DNA of 64,000 nucleotides, taken from assembly GCA_963675595.2 (NCBI GenBank), contig CAXXLZ010000002.1, forward strand, positions 2,528,001 through 2,592,000, read 5' to 3'. The notes below the pieces were generated by a model. The model ran no database searches, was not told the DNA's origin, and was given only the letters and a program-made list of their open reading frames with translations. How positions within the stretch are numbered: position 1 is the first letter of the stretch; each line of letters opens with the position of its first letter. This stretch comes from Thermodesulfobacteriota bacterium (lineage in GTDB: Bacteria > Desulfobacterota > Desulfarculia > JACQYL01). Below, piece after piece: positions 39,802-50,604 of this stretch. A program made the translations under genes and the position numbers.

Positions 39802-40803
39802 CTATCCCTTGAAGTGTTCATAGCCCTTAAGGCCGAGCCGTTCTTCCCGGCCGCCTTTCGTCAGCACAATGTCCCGTCCGTCCACGATCTCTCCCACGCA
39901 GGATACGGCGCATTGGAGTTCCTCCTTCGCCCTCCGAATGATTTTCTCCCCCGTACTTTCCGGCGCACAGAACAACAGTTCGAAATCTTCACCTCCCGAC
40001 AAAGCCCATTCCAGGGGATCCACTCCCCGGACCCGACCCCATGACGCCGCGGAAGGGGAAACGGGCAGGAGCTCGGCGGTAATACGGGCTCCGACTCCGC
40101 TTTTGCGGCAAATATGGCCCAAGTCGGAAGCGATTCCGTCGCTCAGGTCGATGCAGGCGTTCACTTTGCTTTCCCCCAGCAGCCTCCCCAAGGCCACTCG
40201 GGGTTCCGGAGTCAGGTGACGTAACCTGAGCGATTCCCCTCTCCCAAATTCCGCCGCCTCCAGGGGGTGGCGAAGCAGGTCCAGACCCGCTCCGGAATCC
40301 CCCAGGTAACCGGAGACATATATATAATCTCCGCATATGGCCCCGTTTCGATACAGAATCTTTTCTCGTTCCCCGAAGCCCATAACCACAACATTGATCA
40401 CCACGCACGGAGACGCAACCGTGTCTCCCCCCAGGAGCCGGCAATCGTGCTTCAGACTGATTTCCCGGTACCCGCGGATGAACTCCTCCATAAAGGAGGT
40501 TTTGACCGACGCGGGAGCGCCGATCGACAAAAAGGAGTGAGCCGGAACGCCCCCCATGGCGGCGATATCGCTCAGGTTCGCCGCAACGGACCGCACTCCC
40601 AGCTCCAAGGGCGTGATGGTATTCAGATCGAAATGAACTCCTTCCACCAGCATGTCCGTGGTCACCAGAACACATCGGTCGCCGCCCGTGTCGATTACGG
40701 CGCAATCGTCTCCGATGCCGCGTACCACATCAGTTCCCAACTCCGGCCAGTCTTTGGCGAACAGATCGATCAGCCCGAATTCACCCAACTCGTTCACAAA
40801 CAC
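39802..40803 (-). CDS. thiL: Thiamine-monophosphate kinase
   Basis: GEFGLI, GIGDDCA, NLSDIAAMGG, D.SDG and GGEDFEL. Confidence 0.96.
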   Translation of the reverse strand: MFVNELGEFGLIDLFAKDWPELGTDVVRGIGDDCAVIDTGGDRCVLVTTDMLVEGVHFDLNTITPLELGVRSVAANLSDIAAMGGVPAHSFLSIGAPASVKTSFMEEFIRGYREISLKHDCRLLGGDTVASPCVVINVVVMGFGEREKILYRNGAICGDYIYVSGYLGDSGAGLDLLRHPLEAAEFGRGESLRLRHLTPEPRVALGRLLGESKVNACIDLSDGIASDLGHICRKSGVGARITAELLPVSPSAASWGRVRGVDPLEWALSGGEDFELLFCAPESTGEKIIRRAKEELQCAVSCVGEIVDGRDIVLTKGGREERLGLKGYEHFKG

Positions 40804-40840
40804 TGTATCACCCTTTATGACCCTGAAAAAACGACCAGCC

Positions 40841-41227
40841 TCATCGCATGTCCGTGCCTATCGCCGGTAATACCATGTCCACGTTGAAGAAAACCAGGAA
40901 TCGATCCTCGGAAGACGTACCCGGGTGAGACGATTCCGATCTCCGGGACAGAGAGTGCAGCAATTCCGAGTTGCGTTCTTCGCGAATCTTGGTCAGGAAC
41001 AGCCGAATCCCCCGCCAACCCGGCGCTTCCTCGACAAACATATAGGCCGCGTGGGGGTTTTGCTCCAGATTGTGGTGGGTCAACTTGTCCCTCATAATGA
41101 AAGCCGCGGTGCCGTCATCCATGACGTGAGGACGGGCGAACACGGCCACATCCACTTTGCCTTCACGATTCGAGGTGGCCAGGATTCCCACACCTTGAGT
41201 CTTTTCAAAATAGTCTCTTAGGTCCAA
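40841..41227 (-). CDS. Pyridoxamine 5'-phosphate oxidase-like FMN-binding protein
   Basis: G.LATS..G.VDVA..ARPH, T..NL..NP.A; TTG start with AGGAGG RBS. Confidence 0.8.
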   Translation of the reverse strand: MDLRDYFEKTQGVGILATSNREGKVDVAVFARPHVMDDGTAAFIMRDKLTHHNLEQNPHAAYMFVEEAPGWRGIRLFLTKIREERNSELLHSLSRRSESSHPGTSSEDRFLVFFNVDMVLPAIGTDMR

Positions 41228-41703
41228 AATATCCTCCTTCTCGGTTTCCGTTTCCGGCCGGAAGGTCTGAAAAGCGCTATGAAAGCACACCCGCCTCAGA
41301 CCTACAAACCCTATTTCGTCCCCCTGCAAAGCCTGCACGGGTTGAAGGAACTTGTCGAGACATCCTCAATACCCTATTTCATCGCCCGCATATTTGATCC
41401 CCTTGGAAAACGTCGAAAGGCGCCGAAGGCCGGTCGCTTTTTCGAAAGAAGAAAAATTAATCGGAAGATAACGGCGCACTTCTGTTGCGGCGGACTCCGG
41501 AAGCCCGGCCCGAACGTCCCTCGGCGCACCTCACCTACAAACTTCCGTTCGCCTTCAGGCGGCCGGCTTGACGGGCCCCAAGGGTCCTAAACGGCGGGCA
41601 TATGGCTCCCCCCGCACTGTCGTAAACCTCCAAACCCGGCGGAAATCGCAGTTCGGACGCGGTCGCAAATCGACACACCGGAGGAAGGCCGCGCCCGGGG
41701 CGC

Positions 41704-41732
41704 TTGACAGAACTGCAACTTACTTGCATACT
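41704..41732 (+). promoter_or_regulatory. sigma70 promoter of znuCB-zur overlapped by a putative Zur box
   Basis: TTGACA-17 nt-CATACT with the palindrome TGCAA-CTTAC-TTGCA (41714-41728), which resembles the deltaproteobacterial Zur motif. Confidence 0.72.
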
Positions 41733-41860
41733 CTTTCCGTCGGCTGTGACCCATGCCGCTAAGCTCCCCAACTCTCCCCGAAGTTTCCGCAGCCGCTTGG
41801 CACAGCTTAAAGCAATAAGTGTCTCTATTGAAAACCTTCGAGGTCGATTCAGTCAATCAG

Positions 41861-42628
41861 ATGGGCAATACAGTCGTCGAAGTCAAAGAAGTCTCTTTTT
41901 CGTACAACAGCCATCCCGTGCTGAAAGACGTCACCTTCGATATCGAACGCGGCGACTTCCTTGCGATTATTGGTCCCAACGGCGGCGGCAAGACTACACT
42001 GGTCAAGCTCATTTTAGGACTTCTGCGGCCCGACTGCGGAGTCATCCACGTTCTGGGAGAAACCCCGGGGAAAGCCTCCCACCACATCGGCTACGTTCCG
42101 CAGAGCAGTCACACCAATCCCGGCTTCCCCATCTCCGTTTTGGACGTCACGCTCATGGGCAGGCTGGGAATCTCTTCCCGCAGATGGGGGTACACTCCCA
42201 AAGATCGGGAAGCGGCCAAAGAGGCACTGCAACAAGTGGGCATGTGGAATCATCGTAATCGCAGAATCGATGAGTTGTCCGGAGGAGAACGCCAAAGAGT
42301 ATTCATCGCCCGGGCCCTCTCCTCAAAACCGGAAATTCTTTTCCTGGACGAACCCACCACGGGCGTGGACGCCAAAGGCCAGTCGGACATTTTTCATTTC
42401 CTGCATGAACTGAACCGAAACGCCACGATTGCCGTGGTAAGCCATGATGTGAATGTCCTGTCGAGTTATGTGAAGTCCGTGGCTTGTGTAAACCAGAAGG
42501 TCTTCTTCCACCACGAATCCGAAATCACACCCGAAATGATGAGAACCATTTACCACTGCCCGGTGGAACTCATTGCTCACGGTATTCCCCACCGGGTCTT
42601 GGGTGTCCACGAGGACCACGAGTCATGA
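41861..42628 (+). CDS. znuC: Zn/Mn ABC transporter ATP-binding protein
   Basis: GPNGGGKT, IGYVPQ, LSGGERQR, His-rich C-terminus (CPVELIAHG.PHRVL..H). Confidence 0.88.
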   Translation: MGNTVVEVKEVSFSYNSHPVLKDVTFDIERGDFLAIIGPNGGGKTTLVKLILGLLRPDCGVIHVLGETPGKASHHIGYVPQSSHTNPGFPISVLDVTLMGRLGISSRRWGYTPKDREAAKEALQQVGMWNHRNRRIDELSGGERQRVFIARALSSKPEILFLDEPTTGVDAKGQSDIFHFLHELNRNATIAVVSHDVNVLSSYVKSVACVNQKVFFHHESEITPEMMRTIYHCPVELIAHGIPHRVLGVHEDHES

Positions 42629-43467
42629 TGGAGGTCCTTCAATACGAATTCATGCGCAACGCTTTGCTGGCCGGACTTCTGGCGAGCATCGCCTGCGGCG
42701 TCATCGGTACCCTGGTGGTGGTCAACCGCATCGTCTTCCTCGCCGGCGGCATTGCCCATGCGGCTTATGGGGGCGTAGGACTGGCCTTGTTTATGGGCTG
42801 GCCTCTCACCCTGGGAGCCGCTTTGTTCTCCGTTGCGGCCTCGACGGCCATGGGAGCCGCAAGCACCGGCAGGAAACATCGAGCCGATACGCTCATCGGA
42901 GTCATGTGGGCCGTCGGCTTCGCCGTGGGCATCGTGTTTACGGACCTTACTCCGGGCTATAACGTAGACCTCATGAGTTACCTTTTCGGTAGTATCCTGG
43001 CGGTGCCTTCTTCCGACTTGTGGCTCATGTGCGCGCTGAACGCCATCATTCTCGCAGTGGTCTGTTGGTACTACAAGGAGCTGTCGGCGGTTTCCTACGA
43101 TGAAGAATTCGCCACGGTTCGAGGAGTCCCTTCCAGAGCCTTGCACTATCTTCTCATGGTCATGGTGGCCCTGTGTATCATCATGATCATCCGCCTCGTA
43201 GGGCTGGTTCTGGTCATCGCCCTGCTCACCATTTCCCCCTATATGGCGGAAGGCCTCAGCAAGTCACTCAAATCCATGATGGCTTGGTCCGTGGTATTCA
43301 GCGCCGGATTCATTCTCCTCGGGCTCTGGTTGTCCTTCACCCTCAATCTGACGTCGGGAGCTACCATCATCCTTGTGGCGGCTGCGTTCTTTTTCCTGAA
43401 CCTCACCACCGGCAATCTGATTGCACGCCGAAGGAAGACGGTCGGAAACACGTTGCGAATCTTTTGA
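42625..43467 (+). CDS. znuB: Zn/Mn ABC transporter permease
   Basis: G...V......GIAHAA.GG, YLFGSILAV and DEEFA...G. Confidence 0.9.
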   Translation: MMEVLQYEFMRNALLAGLLASIACGVIGTLVVVNRIVFLAGGIAHAAYGGVGLALFMGWPLTLGAALFSVAASTAMGAASTGRKHRADTLIGVMWAVGFAVGIVFTDLTPGYNVDLMSYLFGSILAVPSSDLWLMCALNAIILAVVCWYYKELSAVSYDEEFATVRGVPSRALHYLLMVMVALCIIMIIRLVGLVLVIALLTISPYMAEGLSKSLKSMMAWSVVFSAGFILLGLWLSFTLNLTSGATIILVAAAFFFLNLTTGNLIARRRKTVGNTLRIF

Positions 43468-43528
43468 CCCCACATCCAGTCATGGAAACATCGTTTATAG
43501 TAAATATGCCTGCCGGAGACTGAAAATC

Positions 43529-44014
43529 ATGTGCGTGAACTGCGATTATGAAGGTCTTCTCAAATCAAACGGTCTCAGATGTACTCCCAACCGGCTCCAC
43601 GTGCTGCGAATCATCGGCAACAGCCCCTCGCCTTTGAGCGCAATAGAATTACTGGCCACCGTGGAACGGTCCAGGCCCATGAATCGAGTTACCCTGTATC
43701 GGATTCTGGATTCTCTCGTCGGATGCAGGATCGTGGATAGGATCAGTGCGGGCGACCGCTCCTTCAGGTACGGCCTCGCCCAGAACCCCAACCACCCGGC
43801 ACACCCTCATTTTTTCTGTACCACCTGCGGCAACATGGTCTGCCTAGATCCCGGAAGCCTGGAACGGGTGGCATCGGAACTCCGAAAATTCAGGGAAACC
43901 TTCCCCGCTCTTGTGGAACGGGTGGAAATCCGCTTGGATGGTACCTGCAAGAACTGCTTGAGAAAAAGGAAGACCGACCCGGAGTCCGGCCGTACGCCGC
44001 GTGCAGCCGAGTAA
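43529..44014 (+). CDS. zur: Fur-family regulator, probably Zur
   Basis: GLR.T..R, TLYR.L, HPHFFCTTCG and C-terminal CKNC; located in the znu operon. Confidence 0.82.
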   Translation: MCVNCDYEGLLKSNGLRCTPNRLHVLRIIGNSPSPLSAIELLATVERSRPMNRVTLYRILDSLVGCRIVDRISAGDRSFRYGLAQNPNHPAHPHFFCTTCGNMVCLDPGSLERVASELRKFRETFPALVERVEIRLDGTCKNCLRKRKTDPESGRTPRAAE

Positions 44015-44053
44015 GGTCCACCCTGTGCGGATATTTCAGGAGACGCTTTCTCC

Positions 44054-44356
44054 ATGAACGACGACCATCCCTCCACTCTGCGGCAACGGATTCTGGAACT
44101 GCTCCTGGAGGAAACCCTCACCGTGCGAGACCTGTCCAAAGCCCTGGGCGCTTCCGAACGCGAGGTTTTGCACCATCTGCCCTATGTTGCGCGAAGCGCG
44201 GCCCACAGCCGTCGATTTTTGATCATCCCGGCCCTTTGCCTCAACTGTGGTTTTGAGTTCAAGAAGAGGGACCGACTCACCACCCCCGGCAAATGCCCCC
44301 TCTGCAGAAGCCCAAGGATCAGCCCCCCCGCCTTCCACGTGTCCTCGTCCTCCTGA
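44054..44356 (+). CDS. HTH plus Zn-ribbon transcriptional regulator-like protein
   Basis: TLRQRI..LL, PA.CLNCGF.F..R...PGKCPLCRS..I.PP.F. Confidence 0.82.
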   Translation: MNDDHPSTLRQRILELLLEETLTVRDLSKALGASEREVLHHLPYVARSAAHSRRFLIIPALCLNCGFEFKKRDRLTTPGKCPLCRSPRISPPAFHVSSSS

Positions 44357-44545
44357 CGACCCGAGTATGTTGTCGCAAAAGCGCCCCGGCGGTTAAACCG
44401 TGGATGGGTCGCCCGGGGGTCGGAATTCCCTCCCGTAGATCGTATGGAAACGGTTTTCCGATGTTCAACGACGATTGCGCAAGCCCGCGACCCGTAGATG
44501 ACGGATCGCGGAAGCGGGGAAGAAGAGCCGCCGTCCTTGGAACGG

Positions 44546-44857
44546 TTACTTGAGGGAATCGAGGTATTCTTTCCATTCCGTGGGAAGCAGGTACTTCTTC
44601 TTGATGTTGCATGTCTTACAGGCCGGTACGAGGTTACTCTTTACGCTTTTTCCGCCACGAATGATGGGAATGACATGGTCCATGGTGAGCTCGCGAGGAG
44701 GTACCTTAGCTCCGCAGAAATAGCAGACGCCTTTGCTGCGTTTGCGCTTCCACCACTCGGTATTGCGCAAGGTGCGTGCTTTGTTCCGTTCGCGACGGAC
44801 GTCTTCCTCTTTGACGCTGGTGAAAAACGGCTGTTCCCTATCCATGATGGAGCTCAA
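44546..44857 (-). CDS. Small HNH endonuclease
   Basis: CYFCG, TMDHVIP..RGG....NLV.ACK.CN. Confidence 0.92.
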   Translation of the reverse strand: MSSIMDREQPFFTSVKEEDVRRERNKARTLRNTEWWKRKRSKGVCYFCGAKVPPRELTMDHVIPIIRGGKSVKSNLVPACKTCNIKKKYLLPTEWKEYLDSLK

Positions 44858-45330
44858 AGGTGCTCTTGGGCCGTGCTCAGCCGGGTAATTTCAACGACGA
44901 TGCGCGAAGCGGGCCGATTTGGGTCCGGCGTGAACACGATGGGTTGAATTTCATATTCTCCTTTTTTCGCAAAATCCAAGACAAATCTGGTCAATCCCCG
45001 GTCGGGATGGCGTCCCACGCGTACGATCTTAAGAAATCCCGGGTACTTGGGCTTAATGACGTCCGGCAACGAGTGTTCGTTTCCGCTCGGCACATCGATC
45101 ACCAGACGTGGTGGGTCTTTGAGCGAAAAGATGTCGGGCTCCACCTTCCGTGACAGAGCAATGACGAAGAACACCTTAGGGTTGCCCGCTTCTTCCCGGA
45201 TGAACGCATCTTGGATTTCGGGCGGTCTTTCTCCGGTCGGCTTCTCGGAGTCTCCGGAAACCGCGCGTACCGACGAAAAATGCACCAAGAGGGGAAGCGC
45301 ACAGAGCAAAAGAACGATGAACCGCGGCAC
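44854..45330 (-). CDS. AMIN-domain protein (start uncertain)
   Basis: Signal/TM segment, F.L.DPPRLVID, VRVG.H...TRFVLD. Confidence 0.8.
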   Translation of the reverse strand: MPRFIVLLLCALPLLVHFSSVRAVSGDSEKPTGERPPEIQDAFIREEAGNPKVFFVIALSRKVEPDIFSLKDPPRLVIDVPSGNEHSLPDVIKPKYPGFLKIVRVGRHPDRGLTRFVLDFAKKGEYEIQPIVFTPDPNRPASRIVVEITRLSTAQEHL

Positions 45331-45796
45331 GGATGTCCGAATCCGCGCACGGTCTTTTGGAGTCGGAGCTTCATTTCCCCCGAGTTTCGATCGAATCTTT
45401 ACGTGATTCAATGTGCCTCCCGCTCTCACTCTCCTTGGACTTTTCCCGCTTATGCCGGCCGCCGGAGTCCTTCGGCACCCGGCTGGGCCGTACACGGGAA
45501 GCCTTCAAACCACAAAAAAACGTTCAATTCCGGTTCACCGGTCATTTCCCGTTCCGCCGGTCTTGCATAAAGGGGTCGGAAAGAGGTACATCGATACTCC
45601 TCACATCCGTATTAAGGATACAATGCGGGACAGGGTGGCTGCAAACCATCGCCCCCGATTCGGATGAGATGCCTCGGCCCATTTTTCGTCCACGACAAAG
45701 ACGTCTTGGACCCCGACTTAGGGAGAAACGGTCGCGTGTTTGTGTCGCCTCTGCAAACCTGAATCCTGATGGAACCTATGCATGGGACGGTAAGAC

Positions 45797-46480
45797 ATGG
45801 CAAATCCTTCGCAGAAAACATTGAACCGCGGCATACAGGGGGCCTTGGATCAGCTCGAGGAGATGCGAACAAGAGTTTCCCGAGGTGAACAGCTGGAAAG
45901 CGCGGAAGTTCATTGGCTGGTAGAGACTCTGTACAAAGCCCTCAGCGGCCTCGCTTCCACATCCCCCCCAAACCGGAAAGAAGCGAAAGCGGACGAAGGA
46001 CAAGCCGATGGGAATAAGTCCCCTTCTTTCGAGGAGGCTGAATCTCCGGACGCTGTTGAGATATTTTCCGACGGGGCCTGCAGCGGCAATCCCGGAGGCG
46101 GAGGATGGGCCGCCATTTTGAGGTGGGGGGACCGTGAAAAGGAGCTGGCCGGAAGCGCTCCGCACACCACCAACAACCGCATGGAGCTTACCGCGGTCAT
46201 ACAGGCCTTCAAGGAATTGCACAGGCCCGCGCGTGTGACGGTATACACGGATTCACAATACCTGCAAAAAGGAATGACAAGCTGGATTCATTCATGGAAG
46301 CGCAAAGGTTGGATCACGAGCAATCGTCAACCCGTTAAGAACGCCGATCTCTGGAGATCTCTCGACGAACTGACTACAAAGCATCAGGTAAAATGGGAAT
46401 GGGTGGCCGGCCATTCCGGGCATCCGGAAAACGAGCGGTGCGACGCACTGGCAAAAGAAGCGATGATGAAAGGTTCGTGA
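45797..46480 (+). CDS. rnhA: Ribonuclease HI with N-terminal extension
   Basis: [45 protein letters not shown]. Confidence 0.95.
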   Translation: MANPSQKTLNRGIQGALDQLEEMRTRVSRGEQLESAEVHWLVETLYKALSGLASTSPPNRKEAKADEGQADGNKSPSFEEAESPDAVEIFSDGACSGNPGGGGWAAILRWGDREKELAGSAPHTTNNRMELTAVIQAFKELHRPARVTVYTDSQYLQKGMTSWIHSWKRKGWITSNRQPVKNADLWRSLDELTTKHQVKWEWVAGHSGHPENERCDALAKEAMMKGS

Positions 46481-46751
46481 TTACTCGACGGGCTTTCCGC
46501 TTCTCCTGTGCAAAAAGCAAGGCCCGAGGCGACCGGTGCGTAGAGAATCTGATTGACAATGGGTTTGGCCATAAGCTAATCAGATAGCTAATTTGTAATC
46601 ACTTTATGGCTACCCAGGGGACTCAGGCCCTTCTACCGCCCTCGCGACGCTTCGGCTCTCTTATTCCGGGCCGAGGCAATACTTCCCACACCATGCCCCT
46701 TGAGGCCGGTCTCATCCTGAATGCTTTGAACACCCTACTCGAAGGAGGAGC

Positions 46752-48059
46752 ATGATGTCCAAGTTCTGGGATGAAAAATTCGAAACCATGCCTTATGATG
46801 AGATGGCCAAGTTTCAACTGGGTAAACTGAAGGAAACACTTTCCTGGATATACGAACGAGTTCCCTTCTATACAAAGTCTTTCGATAAATTGGGGCTCAA
46901 GCCCGACGACCTGTCCAAATTAGAAGACCTGTCCAAGTTCCCACTCACAATCAAGAACGACCTGAGGGATGAGTACCCCTTCGGACTCTGCGCCGTGGAC
47001 ATGAAGGAAGTGGTTCGAATTCACGCTTCCTCCGGAACCACCGGAAAGCCTATTACCGGTCCCTACACGGCGCAGGACAGACAAGATTGGGCCGATTGCA
47101 TGGCCCGGATGCTCTGGGCTCAGGGAGTGCGCCCCGACGATATCTGCCAGAACGCGTATGGTTACGGACTGTTTACCGGCGGCCTGGGTTTTCATCAAGG
47201 CGCCGAAGCCGTGGGAGCCACGACTATTCCCATTTCAAGCGGCCTTACCGAACGGCAGATTACCCTGATGAAGGATTTCGGGACCACGGTGCTTTTCTGT
47301 ACCCCGACTTACGCCTTGACCATCGCCGAGCGCGCCGAAATCATGGGTGTCGACGTTCACAAGCTGCCTCTCCGCGTGGGCTCGTTCGGCGCGGAACCAT
47401 GGACGCCCAAAATGCGGGACGAAATCGAACGTCGAATGGGCATCACGGCCCACGAAGCATACGGGCTGACGGAGATGATGGGGCCCGGAGTGGCCTTTTC
47501 CTGCGAAGCCAGGAACCTGCACATCAACGAAGACCACTGCCTCCCGGAAATTATCGACCCGGAAACGTTGCAGCCCCTACCTTACGGTGAAGTGGGAGAA
47601 TTGGTCTTCACGGCGCTTCAACGGCGTGCCATGCCCCTGATTCGCTACCGCACCAAAGACATCACCCGCTTGGAGAGAATCCAATGTCCTTGCGGCCGTA
47701 CGCTGGTTACCATGAACAAGGTCACGGGCCGGGACGACGACATGCTCATTATCTCCGGAGTCAACGTGTTTCCGTCCCAAGTGGAAAGCGTGGTCATGGA
47801 ATTCAGGGAAATGGAGCCTCACTACTTGATTCGGGTTCGCAAGAAAGGTTATCTGGACGTGATGTCCCTGGAACTCGAAGCCAAGAAGTCCGTTTACGGC
47901 GACGGCCAAGAAGCTCTCACCGCCTTGGCTCAGAGGGTCAGCGAGCGTATCCTGATGGTCATCGGCATCAACGTGCCCGTCACGATTGTTCCCATGAATT
48001 CCATCCCCAGAAGCGAGGGCAAGGCCAAGCGCGTGATCGATGAAAGAAACCAGGGCTAG
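46752..48059 (+). CDS. paaK: Phenylacetate-CoA ligase family protein
   Basis: HASSGTTGKP, YGYGLFTGGLG, GAEPW, RYRTKD, GVNVFPSQ, EGKAKRV.D. Confidence 0.92.
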   Translation: MMSKFWDEKFETMPYDEMAKFQLGKLKETLSWIYERVPFYTKSFDKLGLKPDDLSKLEDLSKFPLTIKNDLRDEYPFGLCAVDMKEVVRIHASSGTTGKPITGPYTAQDRQDWADCMARMLWAQGVRPDDICQNAYGYGLFTGGLGFHQGAEAVGATTIPISSGLTERQITLMKDFGTTVLFCTPTYALTIAERAEIMGVDVHKLPLRVGSFGAEPWTPKMRDEIERRMGITAHEAYGLTEMMGPGVAFSCEARNLHINEDHCLPEIIDPETLQPLPYGEVGELVFTALQRRAMPLIRYRTKDITRLERIQCPCGRTLVTMNKVTGRDDDMLIISGVNVFPSQVESVVMEFREMEPHYLIRVRKKGYLDVMSLELEAKKSVYGDGQEALTALAQRVSERILMVIGINVPVTIVPMNSIPRSEGKAKRVIDERNQG

Positions 48060-48124
48060 CGGGCGTCGCACGAAGCCGGCCCTTCGTTGAAATACAGCCG
48101 ACGGACTGAAAAGAGAGGTACCCG

Positions 48125-49981
48125 ATGCACAAACTATTGACAGGTTCTCCTGGTGAGAAAGTACTGCTGCTGGGGAACGAGGCTATCGCCAGAGGAGCCC
48201 TGGAGGCCGGGTTGGCTTTCGGAGCCACTTATCCGGGCACACCGTCTTCCGAGATCAGCGAGAACCTCTGGCGCATTTCCCACGAGACGGACCTATACTT
48301 CGAATATTCGACCAACGAAAAGGTGGCTCTTGAGATGACCGCAGCAGCCGCGGCATCCGGCCTCAGGTCCATGGCGGTAATGAAGCACGTCGGCATGAAT
48401 GTGGCGGCGGATGCCTTGATGACACTGGCCTACGTGGGAGTCCGCGGTCCCATGGTCATTGTCTGCGCCGACGATCCCTACATGTTCTCGAGTCAAAACG
48501 AGCAGGACAACCGATATTACGGCAAGCTCTCCGGCCTGCCTATTCTGGAGCCTTCCTCGGGCGCCGAGGCCAAAGAGATGATCAAGTACGCCTTTGATCT
48601 CTCCGAGGAGTTGCACGAGCCCGTGATCTTCAGGACCACGACCAGGATCAACCATTCCTCCGACGTGGTGGAATTAGGCTCTTTTCGCGAAAGAGTCACC
48701 TCCGGCGCTTTCGAGAAAAACCCTTTTCGTTACGTCACCGTGCCGGCGGTTTCTCGGAACCTGCACAAGATACTGCTGGAGAACTACGACAAAGCGCTCT
48801 CCCTGTCCGAGAGCTCTCCCTGGAATCTTTTTCTGGGCGACGGCCCCTGGGGGATCGTCTGCAACAGCGTGAGCTTCAATTACGTTCAGGATGCCGTGAA
48901 GGACTTGAATATCGAGGACAAGGTTCGAATCCTGCGTATCGGCTTCTCCCATCCGTTCCCTTCCGGTTTGATCCATCGGTTCGTCCAGGGGTGTGAAAAG
49001 GTCCTGATTGTTGAAGAAGGCGAGGCTTACATGGAGGAAGCCGTCAAATCGGCGGCTCAGGAAGTCGGATGTGCGATACCCATCCGCGGAAAGAGCCCCG
49101 ATCTCTTTTCCAGGCTTTTCGAGTTCGATCCCAAGCTCGTGAGGGAAAAGGTCGCCGGCTACTTCGGCGTCGAGTTGATCCTCACACCTCCCGTCGAAAC
49201 CACCGGGCTGCCGGAAATTCCCCAAAGGCCGCCCAATCTCTGCGCCGGATGTCCTCACCGAGCCACCTTCTACTCGATCCGGAAGGTTCTCGGTAACGAC
49301 GCCGTGTACCCCACGGACATCGGATGCTACACCCTGGGCCTGCTGCCTCCTTTGTCCATGGCGGACTACCTCATCTGTATGGGCTCCAGCGTCGGAACCG
49401 CCGGCGGTTTCAGCAGGGCCACCGGTAAGAAGGTCGTAGCCTTCATCGGCGACTCCACCTTTTTCCATTCCGGCATTCCAGGATTGGTCAACGCCGTCCA
49501 TCACAACCATGACTTCACCTTGGTCATTCTGGAAAACGGAACCACGGCCATGACCGGGCATCAACCTCATCCCGGCGTGGATATGGATCGCATCGGCTTC
49601 GACGGATTTTCCCGAGTGGACATCGAAGCGGTGGTGCGCGGTTTGGGAGTCAAGAACGTCGTCACGGTGGAACCGCTCAAACTCAAGAAGACCCAGGAGG
49701 CGGTCAAAGCGGCGGTGGAAACACCCGGTGTCTCCGTCATCATATCGAGAGAGCTCTGTCCGCTTTTCGCGCGAGCATTGCCCGACGCCCGCAAGGAGAG
49801 AGCCTTTCACGTACTGGAATCCAAATGCAAAAACCACCGCGACTGCATCAACGACTTGGCCTGTCCCGCCTTTTATCTCGAAGAAAACCGGGTACGCATT
49901 GACGAAAACGTGTGCATCGGCTGCGCGGTCTGTGCCCAGATATGCCCGGAAAACGCCATCGTTCCGGTTAAGGCCGGTTAG
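48125..49981 (+). CDS. iorA: Indolepyruvate:ferredoxin oxidoreductase alpha subunit
   Basis: LLGNEAIARG, YPGTPSSEI, MKHVG.NVA.D, LCAGCPHR, DIGCY, GDSTF, C-terminal ferredoxin domain. Confidence 0.96.
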   Translation: MHKLLTGSPGEKVLLLGNEAIARGALEAGLAFGATYPGTPSSEISENLWRISHETDLYFEYSTNEKVALEMTAAAAASGLRSMAVMKHVGMNVAADALMTLAYVGVRGPMVIVCADDPYMFSSQNEQDNRYYGKLSGLPILEPSSGAEAKEMIKYAFDLSEELHEPVIFRTTTRINHSSDVVELGSFRERVTSGAFEKNPFRYVTVPAVSRNLHKILLENYDKALSLSESSPWNLFLGDGPWGIVCNSVSFNYVQDAVKDLNIEDKVRILRIGFSHPFPSGLIHRFVQGCEKVLIVEEGEAYMEEAVKSAAQEVGCAIPIRGKSPDLFSRLFEFDPKLVREKVAGYFGVELILTPPVETTGLPEIPQRPPNLCAGCPHRATFYSIRKVLGNDAVYPTDIGCYTLGLLPPLSMADYLICMGSSVGTAGGFSRATGKKVVAFIGDSTFFHSGIPGLVNAVHHNHDFTLVILENGTTAMTGHQPHPGVDMDRIGFDGFSRVDIEAVVRGLGVKNVVTVEPLKLKKTQEAVKAAVETPGVSVIISRELCPLFARALPDARKERAFHVLESKCKNHRDCINDLACPAFYLEENRVRIDENVCIGCAVCAQICPENAIVPVKAG

Positions 49982-49989
49982 GAGCAATC

Positions 49990-50583
49990 ATGAAACCGAT
50001 CAGACTCATCATCGTGGCCGTGGGCGGGCAGGGCAACCTGCTGGCCTCCAGGGTTCTGGGAGAAGCCGCCTTGGCCGGCGGGATACCGGTGCGCATGAGC
50101 GAAATCCACGGCATGGCTCAGCGGGGCGGCGTGGTTGAATCCGCCGTTTTGTTCGGGGACGTTCACAGCACGATCATAGCGGACGGTGAAGCGGATGTGC
50201 TCGTAGGATTCGAGCCTTCGGAGACTTTGCGCGCGGCCAATAAATGTAATGAACACAGCTTGGTGATCACCAACTTGGGCCAGTTGCCTCCTTTCACGGT
50301 AGCCATCGGCAAAGGGGTCTATCCGGAGGTGAACGAAGCCCTGAAAACTCTCGGGGAAAGAGTCGGAAGAATTGTCGCCCTGGATGGTACCGGATTGGCC
50401 CTTGAGGCGGGAAGCACCATGTCCCTGAACATGGTCATGCTTGGAGCCTTGGCCAAGACCGGTGTCGTACCCGTATCGGCCGACCTGATCCGAAAAACCA
50501 TCGAGGAAAAGACCAAGGCCGCGTTCCGAGACATGAACATGAAGGCATTCAACTCGGGTTTTGAGGCGGTGGAATCGGCCTGA
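49990..50583 (+). CDS. iorB: Indolepyruvate:ferredoxin oxidoreductase beta subunit
   Basis: VGGQG, SEIHGMAQRGG.V, N.VMLGA. Confidence 0.95.
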   Translation: MKPIRLIIVAVGGQGNLLASRVLGEAALAGGIPVRMSEIHGMAQRGGVVESAVLFGDVHSTIIADGEADVLVGFEPSETLRAANKCNEHSLVITNLGQLPPFTVAIGKGVYPEVNEALKTLGERVGRIVALDGTGLALEAGSTMSLNMVMLGALAKTGVVPVSADLIRKTIEEKTKAAFRDMNMKAFNSGFEAVESA

Positions 50584-50604
50584 ACAGAATACTCCGGATC
50601 GTTC

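Noticed and set aside
44054-44857. HTH/Zn-ribbon protein plus HNH nuclease as a defence or toxin-antitoxin pair
   Set aside because: The genes are convergent rather than operonic, and both look like common stand-alone genes in a core context.
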